Shown: one piece after another, positions 39,853 through 48,880 of the stretch | How positions within the stretch are numbered: the stretch's first letter is position 1 | Layout of the letters: each line of letters starts with the position of its first letter | Source: Candidatus Brevefilum sp. | GTDB taxonomy: Bacteria > Chloroflexota > Anaerolineae > Anaerolineales > Anaerolineaceae | Reading direction: 5' to 3' | NCBI GenBank assembly: GCA_040772425.1 | Contig: JAXGYD010000001.1 | Location: 1,340,931 to 1,404,930, forward strand | DNA length: 64,000 nucleotides | Program-made: the position numbers and the translations under genes | Notes under the pieces: model-generated | Databases searched by the model: none | What the model was told of the DNA's origin: nothing | The model's input: only the letters and a program-made list of their open reading frames with translations

Positions 39853-40467
39853 CTAATTCTCTTCCTGATAAATCCGATGGGTTCGGATGTAGTTATAAAC
39901 GCTGGGTAAAAGATAATACCGATATGCACGATGTTGTTTGGCACGCCATCGAATTTGATTAGCGGAAATTTCCAATAAGGGGGCTGTTACAAAATGTAAT
40001 TTTGTATCAAGTTGCGGCAATTGATCCCTCAACTCCGTCACATCAATCTCATCCCCGGGCCGGCGCATCACGCCAATGCCATCCAGAATCGATAAAAGTT
40101 CATTCGCTTGATACCATTCTGGTAGATTTGCCAATGAATCCCCCCCCATTAAGTAGAATAATTCCTGATCGGAAAATTCTTCTTTAAGGATCTTTACCGT
40201 ATCCACAGTATAGTGTGGACCGGGTCGATCAATATCAACATGGGATAGGGAAAATGCGTCGTCTTCTGAAATAGCCAAGGTTACCATGTTCAGCCGATCC
40301 TCAATGGAAGAGATCTCTTTACCTCGTTTATGTGGTGGATCAGGAGTGAGCACCCAAACGGTACAGTCTAGATCCAATTGATCCCTGGCTTCTGCTGCTA
40401 AAATCAGATGGCCGACATGGGGTGGGTCAAAAGTGCCCCCAAATATACCAACGCGTTTTTTTGACAT
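39853..40467 (-). CDS. nadD: Nicotinate-nucleotide adenylyltransferase
   Basis: GIFGGTFDPPHVGH motif. The start is set at the ATG at 40467, just after the obg stop. Confidence 0.9.
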   Translation of the reverse strand: MSKKRVGIFGGTFDPPHVGHLILAAEARDQLDLDCTVWVLTPDPPHKRGKEISSIEDRLNMVTLAISEDDAFSLSHVDIDRPGPHYTVDTVKILKEEFSDQELFYLMGGDSLANLPEWYQANELLSILDGIGVMRRPGDEIDVTELRDQLPQLDTKLHFVTAPLLEISANQIRWRAKQHRAYRYYLLPSVYNYIRTHRIYQEEN

Positions 40468-40469
40468 GG

Positions 40470-41729
40470 TTAATCCTGCCATTCTAATTGATACTCACCA
40501 ACATAAACACTGTCCCCTTCCTCAACCCCGGCTTCCCGCAAGGCTTCTTCCACACCGATATTTTCCATCAGTCGTTGGAACCGTCTCACCGATTCCCGAT
40601 GTTCCCAATAGGTCATCGCGGCAGCACGTTCAATCGCTTCACCCCGCACAAGCCATCCTTCTTCTGTCCGATTAACGGTAAAAGCTCTCGGATCTTCAGC
40701 AGCCTTATACACAGGAAGTGCTTGCTCAATTTCTGGCTCAGGGGCTTCTGCCAACAAGGCTGATGCGCGCCATAAAAGATTTTTTACGTTTTCTTTCGTC
40801 ACTGTGGAAATAGCCATCGTTTCATAGCCCAAATCGGCCAGTGCTTGTTGGATTTCTGGCCACTTTTCTTGCACGCTGGGTAAATCCATCTTATTGAAAG
40901 CAACGATCTGCGGTTTATCTTTGATCTTCTCATCAAATAATGCCATTTCACTGTTAATTTGCGAAAAATCTGACAAAGCGTCTTCAGATAAACCGTCAAG
41001 CACATGAATTAACACCCGCGTTCGCTGAATATGCTTGAGGAATGCAAACCCCAAACCCACACCTTCGTGGGCACCTTCAATCAAACCCGGAATGTCAGCC
41101 AATACCAAGACCGTGTCCACATCCAATTTTGCCACACCAAGGTTTGGTGAGAGGGTCGTAAATGGATAATTGGCAATTTTAGGCTTGGCATTAGAAACCA
41201 CCGCCAACAAGCTGGATTTACCAGCATTAGGCACACCCACAATGCCGATATCGGCGATCATCTTCAGTTCCAGGCGTAAAGTCTTTGCTTCGCCCGGTTC
41301 GCCCCGTTCCGCCATGCGGGGTGTCTGATTGCGGCTAGTGGCAAAGTGCTGGTTGCCGCGGCCACCTCTGCCACCCTTAGCAACCACCAGTTGCTGGTAA
41401 TTCTCTTTAAGATCCCCAAGCAAATCCCCTGAAGCAGTATCATAAACCAGCGTTCCCGGGGGCACTTCAACAATCAAATCCTTGGCGGACTTCCCACTCA
41501 TATTATTGGGTCCGCCCATCTTTCCATTTTCAGCCTGGTAACTGGTCCGATGCTGGAAGTTGAACAAGGTGTTCAAATGGGGGTTGACTTCAAGGATGAC
41601 ATCCCCCCCACGACCGCCATCACCGCCATCGGGACCGCCGCGCGGTTTATATTTCTCACGGTGAAAATGGACCATGCCATCCCCACCCTGCCCTGATTCG
41701 ACATAAATTTCAGCTTCATCAAAATACAT
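40470..41729 (-). CDS. obg: GTPase Obg/CgtA
   Basis: N-terminal Gly-rich Obg fold (FDEAEIYVESGQGGDG), G1 motif GVPNAGKSS and a C-terminal OCT-like domain. Confidence 0.95.
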   Translation of the reverse strand: MYFDEAEIYVESGQGGDGMVHFHREKYKPRGGPDGGDGGRGGDVILEVNPHLNTLFNFQHRTSYQAENGKMGGPNNMSGKSAKDLIVEVPPGTLVYDTASGDLLGDLKENYQQLVVAKGGRGGRGNQHFATSRNQTPRMAERGEPGEAKTLRLELKMIADIGIVGVPNAGKSSLLAVVSNAKPKIANYPFTTLSPNLGVAKLDVDTVLVLADIPGLIEGAHEGVGLGFAFLKHIQRTRVLIHVLDGLSEDALSDFSQINSEMALFDEKIKDKPQIVAFNKMDLPSVQEKWPEIQQALADLGYETMAISTVTKENVKNLLWRASALLAEAPEPEIEQALPVYKAAEDPRAFTVNRTEEGWLVRGEAIERAAAMTYWEHRESVRRFQRLMENIGVEEALREAGVEEGDSVYVGEYQLEWQD

Positions 41730-41805
41730 AATGTTTATTTCTACTTTTCGTTAAATTAATTTACTTTCTATAACAACCCTTAATCTTACCGTATTAAAAC
41801 ACAAT

Positions 41806-41833
41806 GGGGCTGTCTCGAGCTTGAGACAGCCCC
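41806..41833 (-). terminator. Hairpin terminator candidate after the COG2403-like gene
   Basis: ggggctgtctc / gagacagcccc forms an 11-bp stem. On the minus strand it is followed by attgtgtttt. Confidence 0.55.
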
Positions 41834-41853
41834 AAAATTGTTATCCCTTGAAA

Positions 41854-43173
41854 TTATTTTCCAAATTTCTCTGTCAAAATGGATTTAAGCGTAGGTTCAC
41901 CGATCTCCTGCAGTTCATAACGAACCCTTTGGATCGGTTTGTTTATCTTAATGACCCGTGTCAGATCAATGGGCGTCCCGCTTAAGACGACGTCAACATC
42001 AGCCTTGTTGATGGTTTTTTCCAAGTCACGCATCATTTGATCGCCATAGCCCATCGCAGGCAAGATCGTGCCGGTGTTGGGATATTTTTCATAGGTTGCT
42101 TTGATGGAACCGACGGCGTAAGGTCGAGGATCGACGATCTCACCAGCGCCGAACCGCTGAGCTGCCACAAAACCAGCCCCATAAGCCATCTCACCATGGG
42201 TCAGAGTTGGACCATCTTCAACAACCAATACGCGTTTTCCGCGGATTGCTTTTGGATCCTCCACAAACAAAGGAGAAGCACCCTCAATTACCAAGGCTTC
42301 CGGATTAAGTTCATATAAGTTATTGCGAACCGTGATCACATCTTCGGGGTTGGCTGTGTCGACCTTATTGATCACAAAAACATCCGCCATCCGCACATTG
42401 GTCTCGCCAGGATAATAACGCATCTCATGCCCTGGTCGATGAGGATCTGCCACCACAATCAAAAGATCGGTCATATAGAAGGAAAAATCGTTGTTGCCAC
42501 CGTCCCATAAGACGATATCTACCTCTTTTTCAGCTTCCCGCAGGATCGCTTCGTAATCGACGCCCGCGTAGACAATCACACCATTATCGATGTGGGGTTC
42601 ATATTCCTCGCGTTCCTCAATGGTGCACTCGTGCTTGTCCAAATCCTCATAATTGGCAAAACGCTGCACTTTTTGCTTCACCAAGTCACCATAGGGCATG
42701 GGGTGCCGAATGGCAGCAACTTTATAGCCCATATCCCGCAAGATTAAGGACACGCGCCGGGTTGTTTGGCTTTTGCCTGAACCGGTTCTGACGGCACACA
42801 CAGCCACCACGGGCTTTGTGGATTTGATCTGCGTATTCTTTGTGCCCATCAGACGGAAATCTGCTCCAACCGAATTAACCAGGGCAGCTTTGTGCATCAC
42901 GTATTCATAAGGCACATCACTATACGAAAATAGAACCTGGTCGATTTGCTCTTCCTTGATCAATTTAACCAGTTCTGATTCTGGATAAATCGGGATGCCT
43001 TCTGGATACAATTCGCCAGCTAATGCGGCTGGGTATTTTCGACCTTCAATATTAGGGATCTGAGTGGCGGTAAAAGCAACCACCTCATAGTTAGGATTAT
43101 CCCGATAGAAGGTGTTGAAGTTGTGAAAGTCCCGACCTGCGGCTCCCATAATCACGGTTCGAATTTTTGCCAT
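41854..43173 (-). CDS. COG2403-like P-loop protein (cyclic 2,3-diphosphoglycerate synthetase-like / predicted GTPase family)
   Basis: N-terminus VIMGAAGRDFHNFN and Walker A VRTGSGKSQTT. Length is 439 aa. Family recalled from memory, not searched. Confidence 0.55.
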   Translation of the reverse strand: MAKIRTVIMGAAGRDFHNFNTFYRDNPNYEVVAFTATQIPNIEGRKYPAALAGELYPEGIPIYPESELVKLIKEEQIDQVLFSYSDVPYEYVMHKAALVNSVGADFRLMGTKNTQIKSTKPVVAVCAVRTGSGKSQTTRRVSLILRDMGYKVAAIRHPMPYGDLVKQKVQRFANYEDLDKHECTIEEREEYEPHIDNGVIVYAGVDYEAILREAEKEVDIVLWDGGNNDFSFYMTDLLIVVADPHRPGHEMRYYPGETNVRMADVFVINKVDTANPEDVITVRNNLYELNPEALVIEGASPLFVEDPKAIRGKRVLVVEDGPTLTHGEMAYGAGFVAAQRFGAGEIVDPRPYAVGSIKATYEKYPNTGTILPAMGYGDQMMRDLEKTINKADVDVVLSGTPIDLTRVIKINKPIQRVRYELQEIGEPTLKSILTEKFGK

Positions 43174-43219
43174 TTGAAATGTTCTCCTTTTCTAAAACGG
43201 TTTTTTGATAATTTAATTA

Positions 43220-44977
43220 TTACATGACTTTGGGCGCTTTTATGCCCAATAAATTTAGACTGGTGGCAATCACTTGTTTAGCAGCTGCTACCAGGCGTAA
43301 GCGATAAGCACGGACGGATGGCTCAGCATTAAGCACATGACAAGTGTTATAAAAATCATTAAAGGCCTTGGCTAAATCAAAAGCTAAGGTTGCAATTGTC
43401 AGCGGGCGGTATTCTGCTGCTGACCTAGTGACCTCTACAGGCAAACGCGCCATCAATTCAATCAGGTCAATTTCTGCTTTCTCAAGATCACTGGGGAAGT
43501 CAACTTCTTGCAGCTCAAGACCATCCGCTTTTCGCAAAATGCTTCCCGCACGGACATGGGCATATTGAATATAGGGTGCTGCCTGACCATTAAAATCCAG
43601 GGCAGCGTCCCAATCAAAGGTCACCACCTTTGTGTTATCACGAGAAAGCATAGTGTACTTTAGTGCGCCTAGGGCGACGTCTTCTGCAATATCATCCTTG
43701 GAGGCTTCAGAAAGCTCTGGATTCTTTTGCTCAACAATTTTCCTGGCGAGCCGGGTCGCTTCGGCGACCAAATCGTCAAATAAAACCACCGTACCTTCCC
43801 TGGATGACATGGTCACGTTGCCTGGCAAGTTGACCAGGTCATAAGCCAGATGATACAGTTTATCCGCCCATCCATAACCTAAAATTTCAAGGGTTTTAAA
43901 AATTTGCTTTAGGTACAAGGACTGGCGCACATCAATCACATAGATGGATTGATCCAAATCGTATTCTTCAAATTTTTTGATGGCTAAAGGCAGGTCTTTG
44001 GTTGCATACAAGGAAGACCCATCGGAGCGCAGGACCACCAAGACTCGATATTCATTCTCCGTGCCTGCAATGGCATCCAGATCGATAAAAACAGGCTCTT
44101 CAGGGCGAGGATCTTGTGCAATCCCCTTTTCAATCATTTGTTCCACCAAAGCTACACCGGGATCTTCAACATCACTTTCAAAATAAATCCGGTCAAATTT
44201 CTCACCCAATTGATCGTAGATTTGGTTAAAGCCTTCCAGCGACCACTGCCTTGTTTTTTTCCACAATGCAACGATCTCAGGGTCTTTGGCATTCCAGCGG
44301 GCGTATAATGCACGCACTTCGGCCTCGTTTTCAGGGTCCTGAAACAGCCGATCTGCTTCTTCGTAAATCTGGTTCATCCAGTGGGTTTTATTTGCGCTTG
44401 GTTCTTCACCCTTGTGATTTTTGAGATAATTCCACATCCACTTAACCACATGCAAGCCAATGTCCCCTAAGTAATTGGCGCGAATAACTTTGTAGCCAGC
44501 AAATTCCAAAATTCGACAGACGCTGCCCCCCAAAATCACGTTCCGCAAGTGACCGACATGAAAAGCCTTATGGGTGTTGGGCTGAGAATATTCCACCATC
44601 ACCGTGCCAGTATCCACCTCTTGTCGTCCATATTGCTCTCCCTGCTCAAGTACGGTATCAACAACACGGCGCGCGTATACACCCGTTGAGAAATATAGAT
44701 TGAGATAGCCATTGACGGCGTCGACGTGGGAAAAATCCAAAGGTAGGTTGGATAAAGCAGTTTTGATTTTTTCTGCCAATTCCTGGGCGTACTTGGGCAC
44801 ATTCACTTTCTTTCCCGATCGAGCCATCTGGGCAGCCACAGGAAACAAAGGCACAGCCAAACCCCACTCACCGCTAAAGGGAATTTGACGAAATTCCAGT
44901 TGGGGGTCTTCGATCCCCTCCCCAGCTAAGAAATTATGAATAAGTCCTTTTACAACTGATTTTTCTTTTTCAAACAT
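43220..44977 (-). CDS. argS: Arginine--tRNA ligase
   Basis: HIGH-type motif (HVGHLRN), MSSREG (KMSKS-equivalent) and a C-terminal DALR-like anticodon-binding domain. Confidence 0.95.
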   Translation of the reverse strand: MFEKEKSVVKGLIHNFLAGEGIEDPQLEFRQIPFSGEWGLAVPLFPVAAQMARSGKKVNVPKYAQELAEKIKTALSNLPLDFSHVDAVNGYLNLYFSTGVYARRVVDTVLEQGEQYGRQEVDTGTVMVEYSQPNTHKAFHVGHLRNVILGGSVCRILEFAGYKVIRANYLGDIGLHVVKWMWNYLKNHKGEEPSANKTHWMNQIYEEADRLFQDPENEAEVRALYARWNAKDPEIVALWKKTRQWSLEGFNQIYDQLGEKFDRIYFESDVEDPGVALVEQMIEKGIAQDPRPEEPVFIDLDAIAGTENEYRVLVVLRSDGSSLYATKDLPLAIKKFEEYDLDQSIYVIDVRQSLYLKQIFKTLEILGYGWADKLYHLAYDLVNLPGNVTMSSREGTVVLFDDLVAEATRLARKIVEQKNPELSEASKDDIAEDVALGALKYTMLSRDNTKVVTFDWDAALDFNGQAAPYIQYAHVRAGSILRKADGLELQEVDFPSDLEKAEIDLIELMARLPVEVTRSAAEYRPLTIATLAFDLAKAFNDFYNTCHVLNAEPSVRAYRLRLVAAAKQVIATSLNLLGIKAPKVM

Positions 44978-45052
44978 CTCGTCTCTTGCAGTTATTGCAC
45001 ATTTCCAGTGCGTATTATAACATTACAGCGAACTCACCTGATGACAAGCAAA

Positions 45053-45075
45053 GCGGGAGCGTTCGGCGCTCCCGC
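45053..45075 (-). terminator. Intrinsic terminator after rpsT
   Basis: gcgggagcg / cgctcccgc forms a 9-bp GC stem. On the minus strand it is followed by tttgcttg. Confidence 0.6.
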
Positions 45076-45114
45076 GAGTTTACCACTGTTCATCTAATGA
45101 TGTGCTCGAATTTT

Positions 45115-45378
45115 TTACTCGATGGTTTTTAAGTACTTCATCAGTCGGCTTTTTTGGCGAGCGGCCTTGTTCTTATGAATAATGCCTTTTGCAGCTGCTT
45201 TATCAATGGCTTTGGTTGCCTTGAAGGTTGCTGCTTGTGCTGCTTCCAAATCACCATTCTCAATAGCCACGCGAGCCTTACTCAATGCCTTTCTTGCGCT
45301 GCCGCGAAAAATGCGATTGTGTTCTCGTCGTTTGAGATTCTGACGGTTACGTTTAATTTGCGATTTAATATTAGCCAA
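45115..45378 (-). CDS. rpsT: Ribosomal protein S20
   Basis: MANIKSQIKRNRQNLKRREHNR is a canonical S20 N-terminus. Confidence 0.93.
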   Translation of the reverse strand: MANIKSQIKRNRQNLKRREHNRIFRGSARKALSKARVAIENGDLEAAQAATFKATKAIDKAAAKGIIHKNKAARQKSRLMKYLKTIE

Positions 45379-45479
45379 AGTCTTTCCTCCAGTTAGTTCT
45401 TGATCAACTTACAATAATCACGAACGACTATTTTACCTGACAGGATTTGTTTTGTCCAGTCAATTAGCCACGAATTACC

Positions 45480-46799
45480 CTAAACTTGTAGTGACTCCAT
45501 ATAAGATTTAATTTCAGGGATAGCGGTTAGTTTATCATAGAAAAAATTGTTCACAACGTTGATGATTTCATCACGAGCAGCCTCAGCTTCAGCGCTTAAC
45601 TCAGAATACTCCGTCTGATGCAGGATTGCATCCCTGAATTTCAAGATCCTCGAAACAATCTCCACCTCTCTTGAGTCTTCCATCACCCGGATAACTTCAA
45701 ACATCAATTTTTCTGCCTGGCTGATTAATTGTTCTCTTTTAAAAGAAGATTTGGCATGAATGGCGTCATCCACTGTGCGAATAAGGGACCATACCTGGTA
45801 CAACATGGATGCGGGTTCATCAAATAGCTCTCGCAAATACATCGCTTCCTGGTAGCGCCCGGTTAAACGAAAGATGTTATACATGCGTTTCGCCGCTTTG
45901 CCGTAATTGGGATTTTTCGTCACATATTTCTTTACTTCTCCCTCCAATGCCCTCACATAATCATCGAGAGCATCTGCGCTCACATGCTGAGAGAGCTTTG
46001 AAAATATTGGGATCGATTCGGCCTGCAAATACACCTCCTGGAAGTATGGATCCAAGTAACCATCTAAAGGTGTGATGGTGCCATCGGGTGCTTGCCAAGT
46101 GACATCCAGCATATTGCTGGCATTGGCCAGGGTGCCCTCGATCGGGTCTGCAACAACCCAATCCAATTTACACCATCCAGGGTTTTGTGCCATATCCGCC
46201 CATTTCAAGCGGATCTCTTTACCATCAGGTGAAAAACCAACCTTCTCCCCTGCCTCAATTTCCTCAGGGAGCCATGAAATTGGGCTGCCTGCTGATAAAT
46301 AGCGATTTCCTTTGACAATCTCCACAGGATAAGAGCCCATTTTTACCTCTATGATTTGATAATCAGGACCTTGCCAGGTCGCTAAAACTTTTTCCTGCAT
46401 AATTTCAGCTAAAATCTGGCAGGCTTCCGCCTTTGTTCCTGCGATAATATTAACCCTTTCAAAGTAATCAGCATCCCCCGGGTATTTCTGAAATTTTGAT
46501 TGCGCCGATGAACCGGATAAGGCTAAAGCTGTTTCAACCTTGCCAGGCACATCCACAAATTCCACAAGTTTTCCAATGTGCTTGAAATAATCCAGGCGCT
46601 TCGGGTCAAAATCCAAAAGGGTGAGGTTCTGTCCAAAAACCCCCGTTCTTTCATCAAATTTAATCTCATTCCAGGTCTCTTCATACCCTTCAATTGATTT
46701 CAACCATTCCCGCGCTTCTTCAATATTTAATTCAACGTTGAGACGTTTTGCTGATTCAATGACCTTCTCAATGTCTGTAAATGCATATTGTTTGCTCAT
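45480..46799 (-). CDS. Hypothetical protein with a Pol-beta-superfamily nucleotidyltransferase-like motif
   Basis: A long clean ORF (439 aa). LSGSSAQSKFQKYPGDADYFERV fits the hGS-x(9-20)-DxD pattern (nt 46467-46514). The C-terminal part is helical. I could not place it in a known family. Confidence 0.7.
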   Translation of the reverse strand: MSKQYAFTDIEKVIESAKRLNVELNIEEAREWLKSIEGYEETWNEIKFDERTGVFGQNLTLLDFDPKRLDYFKHIGKLVEFVDVPGKVETALALSGSSAQSKFQKYPGDADYFERVNIIAGTKAEACQILAEIMQEKVLATWQGPDYQIIEVKMGSYPVEIVKGNRYLSAGSPISWLPEEIEAGEKVGFSPDGKEIRLKWADMAQNPGWCKLDWVVADPIEGTLANASNMLDVTWQAPDGTITPLDGYLDPYFQEVYLQAESIPIFSKLSQHVSADALDDYVRALEGEVKKYVTKNPNYGKAAKRMYNIFRLTGRYQEAMYLRELFDEPASMLYQVWSLIRTVDDAIHAKSSFKREQLISQAEKLMFEVIRVMEDSREVEIVSRILKFRDAILHQTEYSELSAEAEAARDEIINVVNNFFYDKLTAIPEIKSYMESLQV

Positions 46800-46943
46800 G
46801 ATGCTGTCTCCTGTTTTTTCTATTTCTATTCAGCATACATTAATATGACCATTTTTGTCAAGTTTTTGCTTAACCAATTTAAAAACTATCGACTCGAATG
46901 ATTTATCCACCTCTTATCCATGAATAATTTCAGGACGACACAC

Positions 46944-46999
46944 TGATTCCTAATACCAAATACCAGTTGCCCAATACCTTATACCGACATATTTACCCA
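46944..46999. repeat. Degenerate heptanucleotide tandem array (NNNTACC units)
   Basis: The units tgattcc taatacc aaatacc agttgcc caatacc ttatacc gacatat ttaccca are read in a fixed 7-nt phase. Confidence 0.6.
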
Positions 47000-47028
47000 T
47001 TTCCAATAGATTAAACGTATAATACTTA

Positions 47029-47412
47029 TCCAGGTTGGCTGGATGGCCGCGGGCAATTTTGTGCCCGAGGAAAGTCCGCACACCACAGGGCAGCATGCCG
47101 GGTAACGCCCGGAAGCGTGTAAACGTTTGGATTAGGGCCACAGAAAGCAGACCGCCCTTCCCCGGTTGGAAGGGTAAGGGTGAAACGGCGGTGTAAGAGA
47201 CCACCGGCGAGCGCAGTAATGCGTTCGGACAGGCAACCCCCATGCGGTGCAAGGTCAAGCAGGAGAGAAGTCCCATAGGGGACGGGATCGGCCCGATTCC
47301 CAATCATCTCCGGGTAGACCGCTAGAGCGTTTGGGCAACCAGGCGCCAAGATAGATGTCCATCTAGGCGGGTTCCCCGCTAGACAGAATGCGGCTTATAG
47401 GCTGACCTGGAC
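47029..47412 (+). ncRNA. rnpB: RNase P RNA, bacterial type A
   Basis: Conserved blocks GAGGAAAGTCCG, GGGTAACGCCCGG, CACAGAAAGCAGACCGCC, GTAAGGGTGAAA..GGTGTAAGAG and ACAGAATGCGGCTTATAG. P1 pairs tccaggttggc with gctgacctgga. TATAAT lies at 47018-47023. The ends are approximate. Confidence 0.93.
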
Positions 47413-47425
47413 ACTTAATCACAAC

Positions 47426-47452
47426 AACATCCCATAGAAGTTTTGGGATGTT
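47426..47452 (+). terminator. Hairpin just 3' of rnpB
   Basis: aacatccca / tgggatgtt forms a 9-bp stem with a 9-nt loop. The T-tract is weak. Confidence 0.4.
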
Positions 47453-47577
47453 GCCATTTAAGCATCAATATATTAACTTGATGCTAAAAGAAAAAAATTC
47501 AGGGGTTAATTTTCCACATGCCCACTTGCAGTGCGGAATTGTGCTCGCTTATGAAATATAAATACTTAGGCCACGCT

Positions 47578-47850
47578 TTATTTCTTTAGTGCTTGGCGAA
47601 TCAGACCGACAATGGCTGTAAGTGCCCCGCCACCCACGCCGCCACCAACCAGATTGCCGATGATGCCTACCAGGTCCGTCCCCTCAAGCCCTGGGATCAA
47701 CCCGACCAATTGACCACCAGCTAGACCGCCTATTAACCCTAAGATCGTGTCTAGTAAAGGGCCAGAACTCAGCTGGGAGAAAATCTTGGCGATTCCTTGT
47801 CCGCCGGCTGCCCCACCGATTAATTGGATAACAACATTAATTAAATCCAT
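47578..47850 (-). CDS. Small glycine-zipper membrane protein (GlsB/YeaQ/YmgE-like?)
   Basis: 90 aa with repeated GxxxG-rich hydrophobic segments (LIGGAAGG, LIGGLAGGQLVGLIPG, LVGGGVGGG). Confidence 0.55.
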   Translation of the reverse strand: MDLINVVIQLIGGAAGGQGIAKIFSQLSSGPLLDTILGLIGGLAGGQLVGLIPGLEGTDLVGIIGNLVGGGVGGGALTAIVGLIRQALKK

Positions 47851-48115
47851 TTTTTCACCTCATTAGTCATCAAATAAAAAAATATAATTGTTCAACAAGA
47901 AATACTTAAAACTGAGGAAAAACTTATCTCCTCAGTCCTAATTATAATGCAGTTCTCTTTTATCCATATTTGAGAACATATCGCTTTATCAAATAAATAT
48001 GCCAGCATTAGCGAAATCCATTACAACAAAACCTGATATCATCGTGGATTCCTAATAAACCCCCAAATTTTTCGTCCCAAAAGTCGTTTTTCCTTAATCA
48101 ACAGCACGTTGTTGG

Positions 48116-48145
48116 GCGGGATCCGGTTTCGATCCCGCTGTTTTT
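48116..48145 (+). terminator. Orphan intrinsic terminator
   Basis: gcgggatc / gatcccgc forms an 8-bp stem with a 7-nt loop, followed by tgttttt. No plus-strand ORF of 60 aa or more lies upstream. Confidence 0.5.
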
Positions 48146-48311
48146 GTGATGCCAAATTTATTCGATTAATAATCGCTTAGCAAACGCCACACTTGGTTCA
48201 GCACTGATAAACCTTACTATGCCCAATTACTGAATGGCAATTATGCCTGCATAACTGATCTATGTTAATCAGCGATTTAATCCTTATTCAACTGAAAAGG
48301 TTTGTTTTTCT

Positions 48312-48518
48312 TTAATCAAATCCTGTTCTGAGCTGTTTTTCTGGTTGTGGCGCATCAGAAAAGCATGGTTGGTCTTCGCAACCAACCTCGTTAGTTTCTT
48401 GTGAACCTTGACCATTACCTGTTCCACCCGTCACCTGGTCTCCACCAGCAAACACGGTTGAGGCAGATAATACGAGAATAACCCCAATTACTAAAACAAC
48501 TAACATTAATCGTTTCAC
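48312..48518 (-). CDS. Small secreted protein (signal peptide plus Gly/Gln-rich, 2-Cys mature part)
   Basis: GTG start with AAGGAG 8 nt upstream. Signal peptide KRLMLVVLVIGVILVLSASTVFA. Confidence 0.5.
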   Translation of the reverse strand: MKRLMLVVLVIGVILVLSASTVFAGGDQVTGGTGNGQGSQETNEVGCEDQPCFSDAPQPEKQLRTGFD

Positions 48519-48880
48519 TTTTTTAACTCCTTCTGAAGTCTTGATGAATTTACGATGGTTTACATCATTCTGTTTCGTTATAAAACACGAAGGTGCTTTG
48601 TAATGACAAACCGTATGGAGATAAACATTATTTGTTTGATGATTATCTAATATGAGTATATTACCGAAGACAAAATATTTTGTTAATTTTGATGATGAAT
48701 TTTGTTACCCCATTCCCATTTGATTAAGTTGTTTTAATTTTAATGAAAAATAAAGATCCTCAATCGGTCTTCAAACTAATTTCCTTTACATGGCAACACG
48801 CCAACTAATTTCTATGGGTATAATTAACCGCTGTTAATTAGTGTGTGAAAATTTTTTATTAGAAATATGAACCAAACCCG

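Noticed and set aside
44978-45114. Possible T-box leader upstream of argS.
   Set aside because: Only about 75 nt lie between the rpsT terminator hairpin and the argS start, too short for a T-box. I found no T-box consensus sequence or specifier/antiterminator arrangement.
46950-47349. Two overlapping minus-strand ORFs (117 and 107 aa) in the ORF track.
   Set aside because: They lie entirely within the plus-strand RNase P RNA. That sequence is GC-rich and structured, so it is poor in stop codons. The ORFs have no RBS and no protein-like features.
48111-48140. tRNA-like T-arm (ccggtttcgatcc) suggesting a tRNA fragment or integration scar.
   Set aside because: The loop does not match the TTCRANY T-loop. 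The stem is 8 bp, not 5 bp. No acceptor or anticodon arm can be folded around it. It is better explained as a plain terminator hairpin.
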